In this document: one piece after another, positions 1-12,414 of the stretch
Layout: every line of letters starts with the position of its first letter
How positions within the stretch are numbered: position 1 is the first letter of the stretch
Notes under the pieces: model-generated
Databases searched by the model: none
The model's input: only the letters and a program-made list of their open reading frames with translations
What the model was told of the DNA's origin: nothing
Source of the DNA: Carcharhinus amblyrhynchos
Lineage: Eukaryota
Assembly: GCA_965287045.1 (NCBI GenBank)
Contig: OZ336872.1
Location: 41,106,001-41,170,000, forward strand
Length of the DNA: 64,000 nucleotides
Direction: 5' to 3'
Translations under genes and position numbers: made by a program

Positions 1-1344
1 GAATGATGGCATCTTCTTGCCTCAGGGTCCTTTTCAACTCCCAGCATGTCATCATATTGCCACGAAGTACTATGAGCAAAATGCTGGTAGTGTGACCATT
101 GGCTTCTTGCTTAACACCCCTACCCCTTACACCTCCCAAAATTTCCTCTTCTGAGCTTCTGCTTTCACATACTAAGAACTGTTGCTTGCCCAGCCTTAGT
201 AGCTCGAGGCAGAAGTGGAAAAACAGCAATAGCATAGCACTAATGACACAGTCCCATTACTTGATCTGACACTTACAGACACCAGCTTAGACACTAGCAC
301 TGCACATTTAGTAGTAAGAAGTTGGGATCAGCATATCTTTAGTCTTCCAGGCACAAATCGGCAGCAGCAAGCCAGGAGTAAGACATGTTTCATTTGCCTG
401 CTCTCAGGAGGTCAAGTTCTCAGATAAATGCTGTTGCGGTGTATCCTGAGGACCTTTATATAGCAGTGCCTCAGAAAACATTGATCAATCTGCACAGAGA
501 TGCTAGGTGCATTGGGTTACTTGACAAACAGCCTGCTGACTGTCAAGGAGCATGGAGGAGTCTGCTTCCAATTTGGTAATGGGCATAACTGTGAAGCTTG
601 TCATTTTTGCATTCTTGGCTTCATCCTGCCCTGCTGCAGATCCAAAGGCACTTACCTGTTACAACTTTTGACTACGCAGGTGACTTTCTCACTGAGAAAC
701 CAACAGTAGTCTCGGGCAAATATATTTAAAAAAAACTCTGAAAGCAGTACTTGCAGACACTTTCCAATGGGCAAAGTAAAATAAATTTTACGTGCTTGTA
801 ATCAGAGTGCCTGCTCCTTTACATTTTGGCCTATCTTGCTGCTTCATACTTTTTTTAAGGAATAGGATGGCACAGATGTTGCCAGGCCCTGTATTAATCA
901 ATTCTGGTATCTAGGTGTCACATCAGCTCATTGGGCTGCGTGACGTCAATATTGCATTGTTTTCACATGCTTGGCACACGTGCTTGATGCAGCTGGCTAC
1001 AGCATATTGATGATGGATGCTGTGGTGGTCATGCAGTGGCTCGGCCTGGCCTTTGTAGAAGAGAGGAAAGTTGACTGTGGCACAAAATTAAACAAATGAA
1101 AGTACAAACACAGTATTTTTCAGGTCTCCTTTACTTGCAGTCACAGGTTCAAAGTAGTAACATTTCTCAAAATTGTAATCGATGTCAGAAATAATAACTT
1201 GACTTTGGAATGAGCTCCATAATTGGAAGAGGATGACACTAAACTTTCAGACTGCCACACAGACTGCTTTGCTAAGCTAGTGAACTGTATTTGTATCCTA
1301 TTTCATGAAGCTTCTGGCTACAGGATTATCAGTCAAATTACAAC

Positions 1345-4160
1345 ATGTAAGATACCTGTGAAGCCTGCATTACCGTAATCAGTTTCTAGGATTATTGACC
1401 ACTTAGTCATGTGATGACGTGTTTGGAGCGCGGGCAGATGGAAGCATGTTACAGCCGCTCGGAGTACTTAATAAACTTGTTGTTATAAGTCCTTGGTCGC
1501 CAGTCATTGAAACCCAGTAGTTCTACCTTGTGGCAGGAGTTGGCTGTATCGCACAGGGACTTTGCTGCAACGATCTGCTTGTGGTCGATGAAAATTTTGT
1601 GGGCAGCTGGGCAAAGTTTGAAGAAGAGTGGCACACGCAATGCAGTGCTGGTTTATCGGATAAATGCAAAAGGGTACAGGCATACACTTTACTAAACTTA
1701 GTGGGCCTTAAGATCGTTTAGAAATTTGTGTCTTTTGTTTTCCAAATGTAGGAGGAAAAAGAAGACCCTTTCTTAAACAGATAATGTTTAAGAAAGTATG
1801 AGAACATGTGCTTGCCAGTGAGGAATATAATACTACATAAGCGTGTGTTTAGCAGTGCAAACCAAAGATCTGGTGAATTGATACAGCCCTATGCTGCAAT
1901 TTTTAAAAATCTTTGCAAAATAATGTGCTTTTGGCACCCTTACTAATGGATTATGCAGGGATTGCAGTCTGAAGGGATCCACAGTAATCTTGTCTGCACG
2001 CAGATTTTCAAATGAAAGAATTAACATTGCAATCAGGCATTTTCATTTGCATGTTAAACGTGCAGTTAGAAATAAAAAGCAAAGGGTTAAGGCAGTAAAC
2101 AGAAGTTTTTCTGGTGCAGGGCATATCCTGCACCAACTTCAGAACTGAATGTTTGGTAAATGCTGCAATGAACATGGCAAATTGAAGCATTTTACCAAAA
2201 GCTGCAGATCTAAGCCACCATCACTCTGTACTCTGAGAAGAGTACCCTTAGCCAAGAAGCAGGAATTAATTAATAAGTTGCACTGGATGATGATACTAGA
2301 TGTCATAACTGCCAAAGGTGAGGCTACGGACTGGAATTCAGCAATACTGGCTGTAGTAAATTAAGATGATGTGGTCAAGATTTGTATCAACCCAGTCCAT
2401 TCGAAGGCACTGCTCAGATGGTAAAGACGATTAAATAGGCCATAGCTAACTTGCCCAATGGAAGATTTTCAGCATCCTGGGTGTGAAATGTGGGTTCTGG
2501 CACATTTGGCTCGAAGAAGGATCCTTAAATCTCACTACATTCATCTCTGCAGTAGGCAGATACCATTTCATCTGCATCTCCAACGGCATCGAGCTTTTCC
2601 AACAATGCACAAGCAACTATTTGCAGCCCAACCCTGTGAGATCATCACCAATGATACCCTGCTGTGAGTTTGTGTAATGTAAGAAAATGATGCACGTCTT
2701 TAATACAGTAAAAAATGTATTTTTTAGTCAGAAGTAGGCTTACATTAACACTGTAATGTTACTGTAAAAATTCCTTAGTCACCACACACTCTGGCACCTG
2801 TTCGGGTACACTGAGGGAGAATTTAGCATGGCCAATGCACCTAAACCAGCACATCTTTTGGACTGTGGGATGAAATCGGAACACCCAGAGGAAACCCACA
2901 TTGACAGGGAGACTATGGCCCAAACTGGGAATCGAACCTGGGTCCCTGACTCTGTGAAGCAACAGTGCCAACTACTGTGCCGCCAATGCTGCTGTCTTTG
3001 TCTCATCTTGGATAGAATTAGGACCACACAGTTCAAGCTTAACCCTGCTAAATGCAGATTTAGGGTCAGCCGGGTTCCCTACGTGGGCCATATACTCACA
3101 GCGGATGGTGTGAAACCAGATCCAGACAAGAAAATGACTATATGACAGATGGCCATTCTTGTGGACAAGTACACTTTGCACTGTTTCCTTAGTATGACAA
3201 ATTATCTTTAAGTTCTTTAAAGTCACTGGATCTCTTTGTCAGCTCCTCTACCAAGATGTCAAATGATGTTGACAGGAGCATCACACAGCCTCACTTGGTG
3301 CTACAATACTTTGACATTTGCATGCCTTTGTTCCTATCAGCAGAAGCCTTCCAGCGTGGATTTTGTGCAGTTTACATTCAGAATGGCTCTTTTCATCAGG
3401 TGCCCTCACTGATACTGAGACTCATTATATCCAGATGAGGTTGATTTTCCATGAGCTCTGCGCATTCTTCACCATCAAAGATGACTTACCTGTACAGGAC
3501 AGACTGATACTACATGCCCAGCAATTTGTCATCCTCGTCTCCCTCTCCAAAAGTTTTATACCAGCAACTCTCCAAGGGCACCCAAATAGAGGGCAAAGGA
3601 ATCATTATACTGGGCCTCCAAGTATGCAGGCATGGAGAAGCACGTATCCAGATATGCACCATGCAATGCACTCGAGCCACATCAAGCCAAAGAACCAGGT
3701 CCACCCTACATGAGGTCCCTTACAGCAGCTGACATCTTCGAATGGAATAGTAAATAGCATTTGGTTTTAGCCTTGCGTTCCAGGTGGTTTGAACTTGACT
3801 ATCTGCCAAGCTCAAGAGATTCTTTGCCACATTCTTCAGAGGATGATGATGGATTCCTCCAGTGAGTTCAGGAACTTTGAACACACATGAGACTTTGAGC
3901 ATGTCACACATAGCCCCCAGTACCCAATGGCCTTGCAGAATACGCGGTGTGCTCAGCCAAGCATGTTCTAGAGATTACAGTTTACTCTACTGCACTCCTT
4001 ATGCTGAGACTCATCAACAAGGTGAATGTTCTCCAAGCACACCTGGGTCAAATTCCCCAGGACATGGGCAGACTGGAAACATGTAAGAGCTGCTCAGAGT
4101 TCTTAATTGTTGTTGTTATAAGACCTTGTTCATTAGTTATTGGGAACCCAGTCCTTCCAC
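1345..4160 (+). mobile_element. Degenerate, internally deleted Ty3/Gypsy LTR retrotransposon with both LTR ends
   Basis: Diverged direct repeats at ~1430-1528 and ~4065-4160 (gggcaga..ggaa.catgt....gctc.gagt.cttaat...ttgttgttataag.ccttg...aacccagt). Internal remnants: gag (WAKFEEEW..KRVQAYTLLNLVG), Zn knuckle (FGKCCNEHGKLKHFTKSC), RT (KLNPAKCRFRVSRVPYVGHILTADGVKPDPDK), RNase H (VLQYFD..ALTDTETHY) and integrase-like pieces; many stops and frameshifts. Left boundary approximate. Confidence 0.85.
2702..2990 (-). mobile_element. tRNA-derived V-SINE (HE1-like head/core, alternative tail) inserted in the Gypsy RT
   Basis: Minus strand reads GGCACAGTAGTTGGCACTG...GGTTCGATTCC (A/B boxes), then the V-core GTGGGTTTCCTCTGGGTGTTCCG, then tail ...AATGTAAGCCTACTT. 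It splits the RT peptide ENDARL|CLILDRIR. Confidence 0.85.
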
Positions 4161-4389
4161 AAGGATGAAGCCTATTACTCTCCTAATTATTTTTATTGTC
4201 TGCGTGGGCATTCAGCCTTCCCTTATCTGTGAAAAATAGGATGAGAGAACTTGTGATTCACATAGATGGATAAATCTTTGATCGGACTGAGAAGTATAGC
4301 AAAGGATTCCATGCAGTACCGTTTAAATAGCAATGATCCACAGAAGATCCAGATCCAGACAATATAAATATTTTATCGAGACTGGTTAG

Positions 4390-4770
4390 TCCCAGACAAG
4401 CTGTAAACCATTGCAGTACAGTACAAAGGGAGTGCTGTGCTTTCAGAAGCCTTGGATAACACGTTAAACCAAAGCCACAACTGTCTCCCTCGGATCGATG
4501 TGACAGACCCCATTCCACTATTTTGAAGAAGAGGAGATGAGTTCTGCCTAGTATTCTGTCTAATATTAATCACCCAGCTAACATTACTAAAACAAATTAT
4601 CTGGCCATTATCACTTAGCATTTATGTGAATTTGCTACGTGGTGATTGGCAGCTGCATTTTCTACCCTGCAACAATGATGAAAATGCAAAACCACTTAGT
4701 TGCTTGTAAAGTGTTTTGTGGTGTTCTGAGTGGTGAAAGGTAATTTATAAATATGAATCTTTCATTTTTT
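4390..4770 (+). mobile_element. Old Deu-domain SINE (SacSINE1-like)
   Basis: Deu-core-like cacgttaaacc...cactattttgaagaagag...ctaaaacaaattatctggccattatcac, and tail gtgaaagg...ataaatatgaatctttc. Confidence 0.7.
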
Positions 4771-6394
4771 TATTCAAAGTTGTTATGATGTTGCAAAGCT
4801 ATAAATTCCCAGAAGCTCTGCTTTTATATTGTTTTATGGAATAAGAGTTCAAATTAAAGAAAAATGGATTGACAGGTGTCAAAATAATAAAACTGTAAGG
4901 ATGTAGCAATTTTTAGACTAAAGTAGCCAAAGGTCTAGTTGCATATTTTTGCCTTTTTCTAAATGAACGAGATACTTTTAGGGTTAGATTGGCATTTTAT
5001 GTGTCAGGAAGTTCTGCTGGTGAAATTGTGCATGGTTAACTTATTTTTATTCAGGGAGAAAGGTTGTGCATTATTTTTGTCACAATGATATCTCTGGCAA
5101 GTGACACCGTGGTATGCTTCAGTGTATGTAATGCCATTTTAAAACCAAAAATCATTTTAGTCAAAATTTTTGTCATGAAACGGCTACTTCTGTTTTAGCA
5201 GTGAGTGTTGAAATTAAAAATAAAGATCATTTGTATAATAGGCTGTTCAAACATGCGAACTATTGAGTAAATTGACAATAGGTGAAATTATATTGACGTT
5301 CTTATAAAATTTCAATTAAAATAATTTTTTATCACCTGTGATAAATTTAGAAATGTTTCAAAGTGAAATTGAAGAAATGTTAAGTTTGAATATCCTGTAA
5401 AATTAAGTGCTGTTATAGATTGTTAAGAGATTTTTAGTTACTGCTAAACTGAATACAGTTGTGGGATTCTGTTCTGCACTAAGCAAAAGGCTGATTCTGG
5501 GAAAAGGGTGGGATAGAGGTGGGGCAAGCTGATGCTTCATCACTGGTTTATACAGGTTATTGGCTATCATGGTTCAATGCTCTAGAAGTGGTTTTCAAAT
5601 GCTTGAGTGACTGTATGGACAAACATGGCAGTAATTAACTCTATAAAGCCAATGAAAGTCTTTGTTTTGTTTGAAACCAATCTGCAATAAAACTTGGGTA
5701 GCAAGTTTTAATAATGTATGTATTTATTTACTTTTTACCCTTTCTAAACTTCTTTCAAGAAAACGTTTTCTTTAAAATTTTTGGACAACAAGAAATGATT
5801 ACAATATATTTTAGGATGTTCTTCATGTTAAATGTGTCGTCTAGTGTTTTAAATCAAAGTGTATCCTCATATTCTGGAAAATACTTGAAAAGAAATATTT
5901 AATTTACTATTGCTGTTTACAGGTCATAGCAACCCTATGCCATTGACAGAGAAAGAGAAAATCTGCCGTGGAGCCTTTGACTGTTACAGCTTGAAATAAC
6001 TATATATTTTCCGATCATGGAAGATCCGCACTGTTCGAAATCTCCGTTTGAATGAGATATTTTTGGTTGTTGTTATGGCTGCTGCAGGTTCACAGTATTG
6101 ATGTTTCTGATGCTAATAACATAATACTCATTAAAAGCTGGGAAAATAACATGAATTTTTAATTCAAATAATTATTATGTATCTTAAAGTGAAGACTAAG
6201 TTTTGACATTTCCTAGATAAAATGACATTAAAATTATGAATTATGATCTTCAAATTCATTTGTAATTTTTTAAAAAAGAAATGCCACTGTTGGTGTCTTT
6301 TCTGATGAGTAGTTGCACCTTACTTTGATGAATAATCTGACGACAGCAGAGTTGGTAATCAAATAATATAAATTGGGGGTCATTTTCTAAATTG

Positions 6395-6735
6395 TGGGAT
6401 GTGAGTGTTGCTGGCTGAATGAGCATTTATTGCCTATCGCTAATTGCCCTTCAAGGGCATTTAAAAGCCAACCACACTGTTGTGAATTTGGAGTCACATA
6501 TAGGCCAGACCAGGTAAAGATGGCAGATTTCCTTCCCTAAAGGACGTTGGCAAACCAGATGGTTTTTTCTGACAAACAACAATAGTTTCATAGTCATCAT
6601 TAGACTTTTTAAATTTCTGATTTTTTTATTAAATTCAAATTTCACCATCTGCCGTATTGTGATTCGAACCCAGGCAGTGACCTGGGTCTCTGGAGTACTA
6701 GGCCAGAGACAATATCATTATGCCATTGCCTCCCT
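6395..6735 (-). mobile_element. tRNA-headed SINE with a LINE-derived body and tail
   Basis: Minus strand: TGGCATAATGAT (A box) and GGTTCGAATCAC (B box), body TCCTTTAGGGAAGGAAATCTGCC, tail GGGCAATTAG..GGCAATAAATGC...CACATCCCA. Confidence 0.75.
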
Positions 6736-8494
6736 TAAATGTCAGAAATGTCACTCCCTCAGCATGTACCATTTAGTTGAATGCAGTTCACCATGCGATA
6801 TATATTGCATGTGGGTGAAGTTCTCTAATGGCAACATGTGCTTAGAAAATTACCCAATGATCCCAACGTTCTTGAGTTAGACATGATGAAAATTGGCCAG
6901 ACCCTAGCACAGAAACTGCTCGAAGATCATGTCTTAAGAATGCTGAAGGAGGACAGGAGAGAATGAATTGCAGACTGCTCCTTCTCTCAATCTCCCTTTT
7001 ATGAGGGGAGGAACCCATGCCAGATTATTTGGCAAAAATTAGTTTCTTCAATAGTATCTCCTACTGCTAGCAGTGAGATGCTAGTGATTCTATTATTGTC
7101 CTGTCTCAGTTAAATTAGCACAGATTTGGGACTTTACTGATCTTGATGTCTCAAGAGCTGAATACATCATTCACCTATGATTCATCAAGTTTAGTTGGAT
7201 AAATGATTCTCTGCATAATATAAACACTGACTTGGGTGAGTTTCAACAACGTGAATGCGTTGGCGCTGAGCTGAAGTTACTTACAAGATGGAACCAGTCA
7301 ACTTGTTCAGATAATATTTGAAAATCATTCAAAGTTTAGAACCTTATTCCTGCGGACTAACCTCCAGCTTACGTTATTATCCCTACATATATTTGCTTTC
7401 TCTGGATGCTCACCTTTTTAATGACAAAGTTTATATCTACTGTACTGGCGTCATTGCTTATCTATTTCCAGATAAAAGTAAGTGGCAATCTTATACACAG
7501 ATATTTCAATTCCACTTATACTACCACTTTACCTCCTTTTGTTTTTTAAAACAAACTTTTGATTTTTGATGTATGTGAACTTGGCTAAGGTTCCCAAGTA
7601 ATGTATGTTAGCTTCTGTTATCACTGTTTATTGATGGAAATGAAACAGTGTTGACATTTTATGAACATTTAATACACAACTCAACTTGCAGATAAGGTGC
7701 GCAGCTTGGCCTTTCTGTATAAATTTGTGTGACTTCAAATACAGTATTTGGGTGTTTGGTGCATTCAGTAACTGTTCACAGCAAATAGTATGGAATTTAA
7801 AAGTGCAGCTATAGTGGAGATTGTATCTCTTGATGTGGTTAAAAAAGCTAACAAATTTGAACACAATTAAGTGCAAAAAGAAATGTATCTTTGGACATGA
7901 CAGTAATTTACAATCAGTTGCACCTGATAAGCATGTATAAAGTGGATCGATGATCAGTATGCTGAATCATTCACAATTTGTTGCCCTGCTTATTTTTCTG
8001 TTCATACAGCCTTACTTCCATTTTGTCAACCTTCAAAAGGTGGTTCAGGAATTGTGATGCCTGTCCCTACCACATTTATTGTGAATGACCCATGAGGCTT
8101 GCTGCCATTTTTGTTACCTATTCTGCCTTTTCATAGGCTGAAATTTATACGTTAACTGCCATAAATGACTATCAACATATCTAATAACTTTTGAATGGCT
8201 ATTTTCTTTAAAGTTCTTTTAAACAGCTGTCACAGGCTTTTTACATCCTATTTTCAACCTCTCACTGCTGAACTCCAAACATCAGGCCTAGTAATGTCTT
8301 CAGCCTTATTCAGATCATGTAAATGAAGCTGACCTGCTAAATAAGTCACCAGACGCACCCTATCAGAAAATCAACTGAAGAAAATATAGGCCCATTAAAG
8401 TCAAAAAGCTAGATTTGCAAGTATTGTTTTATCAAATATAAATCATCAACAATCCTTTGTTAATTTAAATTGTTTTCTTAAAATAAAAGTTTCA

Positions 8495-9125
8495 TATCAA
8501 CATCCTGGGTGTTTCTATTGACCAGAAACAGAACTAGACAAGCCATATAAATATTATTGCTGCAAAAGCAGGTCAGAGGCAAGGACTGCTGCAACAAATA
8601 ACTCTCCTCCTGACTTCCTAAAGCATTTCCAGAAATCTACAAGGCACAAGTGAGGTGAAATACTTTCTCCTTGCCTGGATGAGTGTAACCTGTCATCCAG
8701 GACAAAGCAGTCCACTTGATTCGCACCCCTTCAGAAAACACTCACTCTGTCCATCTCCGATGAACAGTGGCAGCCATTGTACCATTTACAAAATGCACTG
8801 CTGGAACTCACCAAGGCACCTTAGGCAGCACTGTCCAAACCCATAACCGCTGTCATCTCGAAGGACAAGGATAGCACACCAAATGGGAAATTCCCCTCCA
8901 AGTCACTCAGCATTTTGACTTTGAAACATGTTGCCATTCCTTCACTGTCACTGGGTCAACATTCTGGAACTCCCTCCTTAATACCACAGTGATGTACCTA
9001 CACCACATGGACTGCAGCAGTTCAAGACAATAGCTCACCACCACCTTCTGAAAGGCAATTAGGGATGAGCAGTAAATACTAGTCTCGTCAGCAATGCCCA
9101 AATCCCATGAATGAAGTTCAAAAAA
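8495..9125 (+). mobile_element. 5'-truncated CR1/L2-group LINE 3' end
   Basis: Decayed end of ORF2, then tail GGCAATTAGGGATGAGCAGTAAAT...CCCATGAATGAA shared with the SINE at 6395. Confidence 0.75.
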
Positions 9126-9344
9126 TCATATCTGCTTTGGAACTGTACTGTTTCTGTTTGTATGAAGCAATATATTTACTGTTCTACTAAGTGTATGATA
9201 ATGGGTCATTTTTGTTTAAATTGTTAAGTTAAATGTAAATTAATGCGGATTACATAATTTAACCTGTTTTCAGATGGCCTAAACTGCCCTGTCAATTAGA
9301 GTTGTTGCTAAGAGTTGTTGTCAATTAGAGTTGTGATCTTAGCT

Positions 9345-9630
9345 GAAGTGACTGATGTGGAAAGACATCAAGGTCTTGCTGAGTATCCATCTCTCTCAAT
9401 TTATACCCATTCAAGTAATAATCTGCCTTCCTACTTCCGCTACTGAAGCGGATAACCTCACGTTTATCCACATGGTGCTGCATCGTCCACATGGTGGACA
9501 AGCCCACTCAGTCACCCTGTCCAACTCATGCTGAAGCATCTTTCTCACAGTTCACTCTCCCACTCAAGTTTGTATCATACACAAATTTGGAGATTTAGCT
9601 TCCTCATCCAAATCATTAACCTATGATGTG
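9345..9630 (-). mobile_element. CR1 LINE RT fragment
   Basis: Minus-strand ORF DKREVIRFSSGSRKADYYLNG..QQDLDV is typical of the CR1 ORF2 C-terminal region. Confidence 0.75.
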
Positions 9631-10439
9631 CAGTGCAATTTAAATTCATTTCTCGTAATTGTTTCAGCCTGTTAACTGCTAACTACTGCAGCATTGTTAG
9701 GAAGAAGTGATAAAGTTAAGTGTGTTCTGGAGTTGAAAAATATTAACTTCAGCAGTAAACTGATCATAAATGATTATTTGAACGTCTGATTTGATTGAAT
9801 AGATGCAATTCAATCAAATATAGGAAGAGACAAACAAGATCAAATGAAAAACTGCAAATACTGGAGATTTCAGATAAACATAAGTGCTGAAAATGCACGG
9901 AAGGTATATTAGCACCTGAAATAAAGGAGAAAGGTGAACCGATGATTCATTACACTTACTTAAGCATTAAAATGCAGCTGTGGATATGTTTCTGTTAAGG
10001 TTTTAAATTCTGTAATATTGAGTCTTTTTTTCCCACTAACAGTACAAAGGTAACAGTACAGTGGCTGAAATCCCTATTGAAAGTAACGCCAAATTAAATA
10101 GTGTACCATTTGCATTTTATGATATAGAACTGAAGTAAAGAAATCTTAGTCAAATCAGAGGAACTCTCTTTTCCCAACCCGATGTATGGCGGCAATAGTA
10201 GGATTCAGGTGGTTCAGTTGTATGCTTGTTGTAATCGTATAAATATAGATTACATTGGGTGAAGGTTTGTAATATTTACCATCTTGATGGTTTACAGATA
10301 TTTCAGTGTTACTGAACTTGATTACATTACTGTAGATGGATTTATATAATATAGCCAGCATTAATTAACAAGGCATAAGGGTGTGTATTAAGTGGTGAAG
10401 GTCTGTAAAATTATTCTTTAGATGATATTGCGAACATAA

Positions 10440-10661
10440 ATTTACACTCTGGTAGAGCCGGCCCATTGTGTCACATGCAGGTGCTGGATTGAACAGGTTG
10501 AGTGCTGCAGACAGACAGTAGGCACCACTTAGACATAGAGCTGTGCTAGGATTGGAGTTGCCAGGGCCTTATCTGGAGCCACCCCCAGTGACACATATAC
10601 TGCTGTACAGTTTGACTTTCACTGTTCTCCAAGGGCTTGCAGAACACCTTTCAGGGAAAAA
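10440..10661 (+). promoter_or_regulatory. Putative promoter/5'UTR of the MITF 1H-type exon
   Basis: Non-repetitive sequence directly upstream of the 1H ATG. Contains E-boxes CACATG (10472) and CAGGTG (10478), NK-type CACTTA (10526) and GATA site CTTATCT (10568). The stretch TTTGACTTTCACTGTTCTCCAAGGGCTTGCAGAACACCTT resembles the human 1H 5'UTR as recalled. Confidence 0.6.
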
Positions 10662-10717
10662 ATGGAGGCTGTTGGAGTGCAAATGTTCAGACCATGTTCA
10701 TTCCAGAGCTTTTACGT
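10662..10717 (+). CDS. mitf: MITF alternative first exon, 1H (heart-isoform) type; coding part
   Basis: ATG at 10662 reads MEAVGVQMFRPCSFQSFY+GT, followed by a consensus donor GTAAGT (10718-10723). It closely resembles the human MITF-H N-terminus MEALRVQMFMPCSFESLYL as recalled. The 56 coding nt end in phase 2, matching the phase-2 acceptor of the exon at 45254 (GT|C = Val). Confidence 0.88.
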
Positions 10718-12414
10718 GTAAGTACTTTGTAACTTTTAAGAAGTTTCTAACTGAAAAGTTAAAAACAATTTTTTCTACTCGTAAATACGTTAAGGCAAGA
10801 GCTCTACGGGGGGAAAAAAAAGCAGGTTGTGAGAGTTTAAAGATCACTCAGAATCTGCTTTATGATTATTTCCATTCCCAATTTGCCAATGTATTGCGAA
10901 CGGATTTTTAAAAATTTAAGACCCCTTCGCAGTTTTGTGTTTTACTTGACTCTGATCATTTATGATTACTTCTTGTTCCCAAATCTTTTAGATTGTCCAG
11001 TAAACGTGTCTGTACACAACACATTACATTCGTCAGTGAGAACAAAGCTAAATATAAATATTTAAATACATTGGTGTGAGCTCAAAAATCTCAAACATTT
11101 CAACTAGCTGTATAGTAATGTCTGCAAACTTGCTTCAACCTTTGTGTTGCATCCGATGGTAAAATAGTAAAGTTATAAAAACTGGACATTTCTGGCAGCT
11201 AAAATGTGAAGATGTATCATTTGGATCTGAGGATACCTTGTCAAGCACGTGCTCATTTTGGAACATGAAGATTTACAGCATTTTTTTAATACTTTGCCAT
11301 GCTGGAGCCGAGAAATTCCAAGTATTTGTCTTTAAATAAAAGAGTACTGAAGCGAATCATCATTGTGGCCGTTTATTAAGTTCAAACTGAAGCAAATATC
11401 CAGCAGTTCAACTTATTAATTATTTACTGAGTAGTCATGGGTCAAAAGAGAAGGTTTTCTTGAACGAAATTAACATCGTCTTGTGGTGGTAAGGTTCCAG
11501 TGATTGTGTTGGGATTTGTATCAAAAAATAGCGCAAAACAGAAGTATGCCATTACTATCTAGATTTTTTTCATTGTTGTGGCACTTATCAGAAGGCGAGA
11601 TATGATGTTTGAAGTTTTTAGTAAATAAGTAGTTGTTTAAGAAGGAGCTTAAACGTGAATTATAGTTGAACCAAAAGTATCACTGTGAAGGAAAATGTCA
11701 CATGCTGCCATGTGTAATTGGAGTATTAGAATGTAACATTTATACAACTTTTCCTCCAGAATAAACCAAATCACCATGTTAATATTTGTACTCCTGGACC
11801 TTTTTTATGGGCAATAACAACACTTTTTTAATGAAAACCTCCAAGTTTTAGTCTCATGTTTGGTAGAGGTTTGCTAAACTAATGGCATTGATGTAAAGGT
11901 GAGCCGTTTTAATCTTTAATTATCAGAAAAAGGCTGTAAGTCCTCACCTGTGGTTATTATGCACTTCATCCACCTCCAGTGTGTTGTCTGCCATTTCCAC
12001 TAGGTTTATTGGCAAAGACACAGACATTTTACCTTAAATGTGTTAAACTAAATGTTTCTTATTAATGCTGCAGCAGGCTCTTTTTGAACAATGAAATGTA
12101 TTTTCAAACACACAACGCAGGACTGCAGAAATGATCTAAACGCCATTTATTGCTGACAGCAATTTTATATGTTGCACTGTCACAGTCAGTATGAACAGTT
12201 TGTATCCATTGTGGTAATTTATTAATACCTTCCTGCTGTTGATTTTTGGCCTGTCTAGAAATTGAAACCTAGAAAGCTGTCTGCTGAAATAACTAGATAT
12301 TTTCATTGTGTTTCAGCAGTTGTTAGTTTAACATCCAGTAATTAATCTGATATGGTGAGATATCAGAAGGTGACTTTAAAACAAATTGGTAACGTTAAGT
12401 AGTCTAATGTTCTT

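Noticed and set aside
9290-9334. Short direct repeat TGTCAATTAGAGTTGT x2
   Set aside because: Two copies with a 13-nt related spacer; local slippage, not an array or CRISPR
10543-10911. 122-aa ORF overlapping the 1H exon
   Set aside because: Different frame from the MITF-like peptide, GTG start, no recognisable homology; the real signal is the short spliced exon
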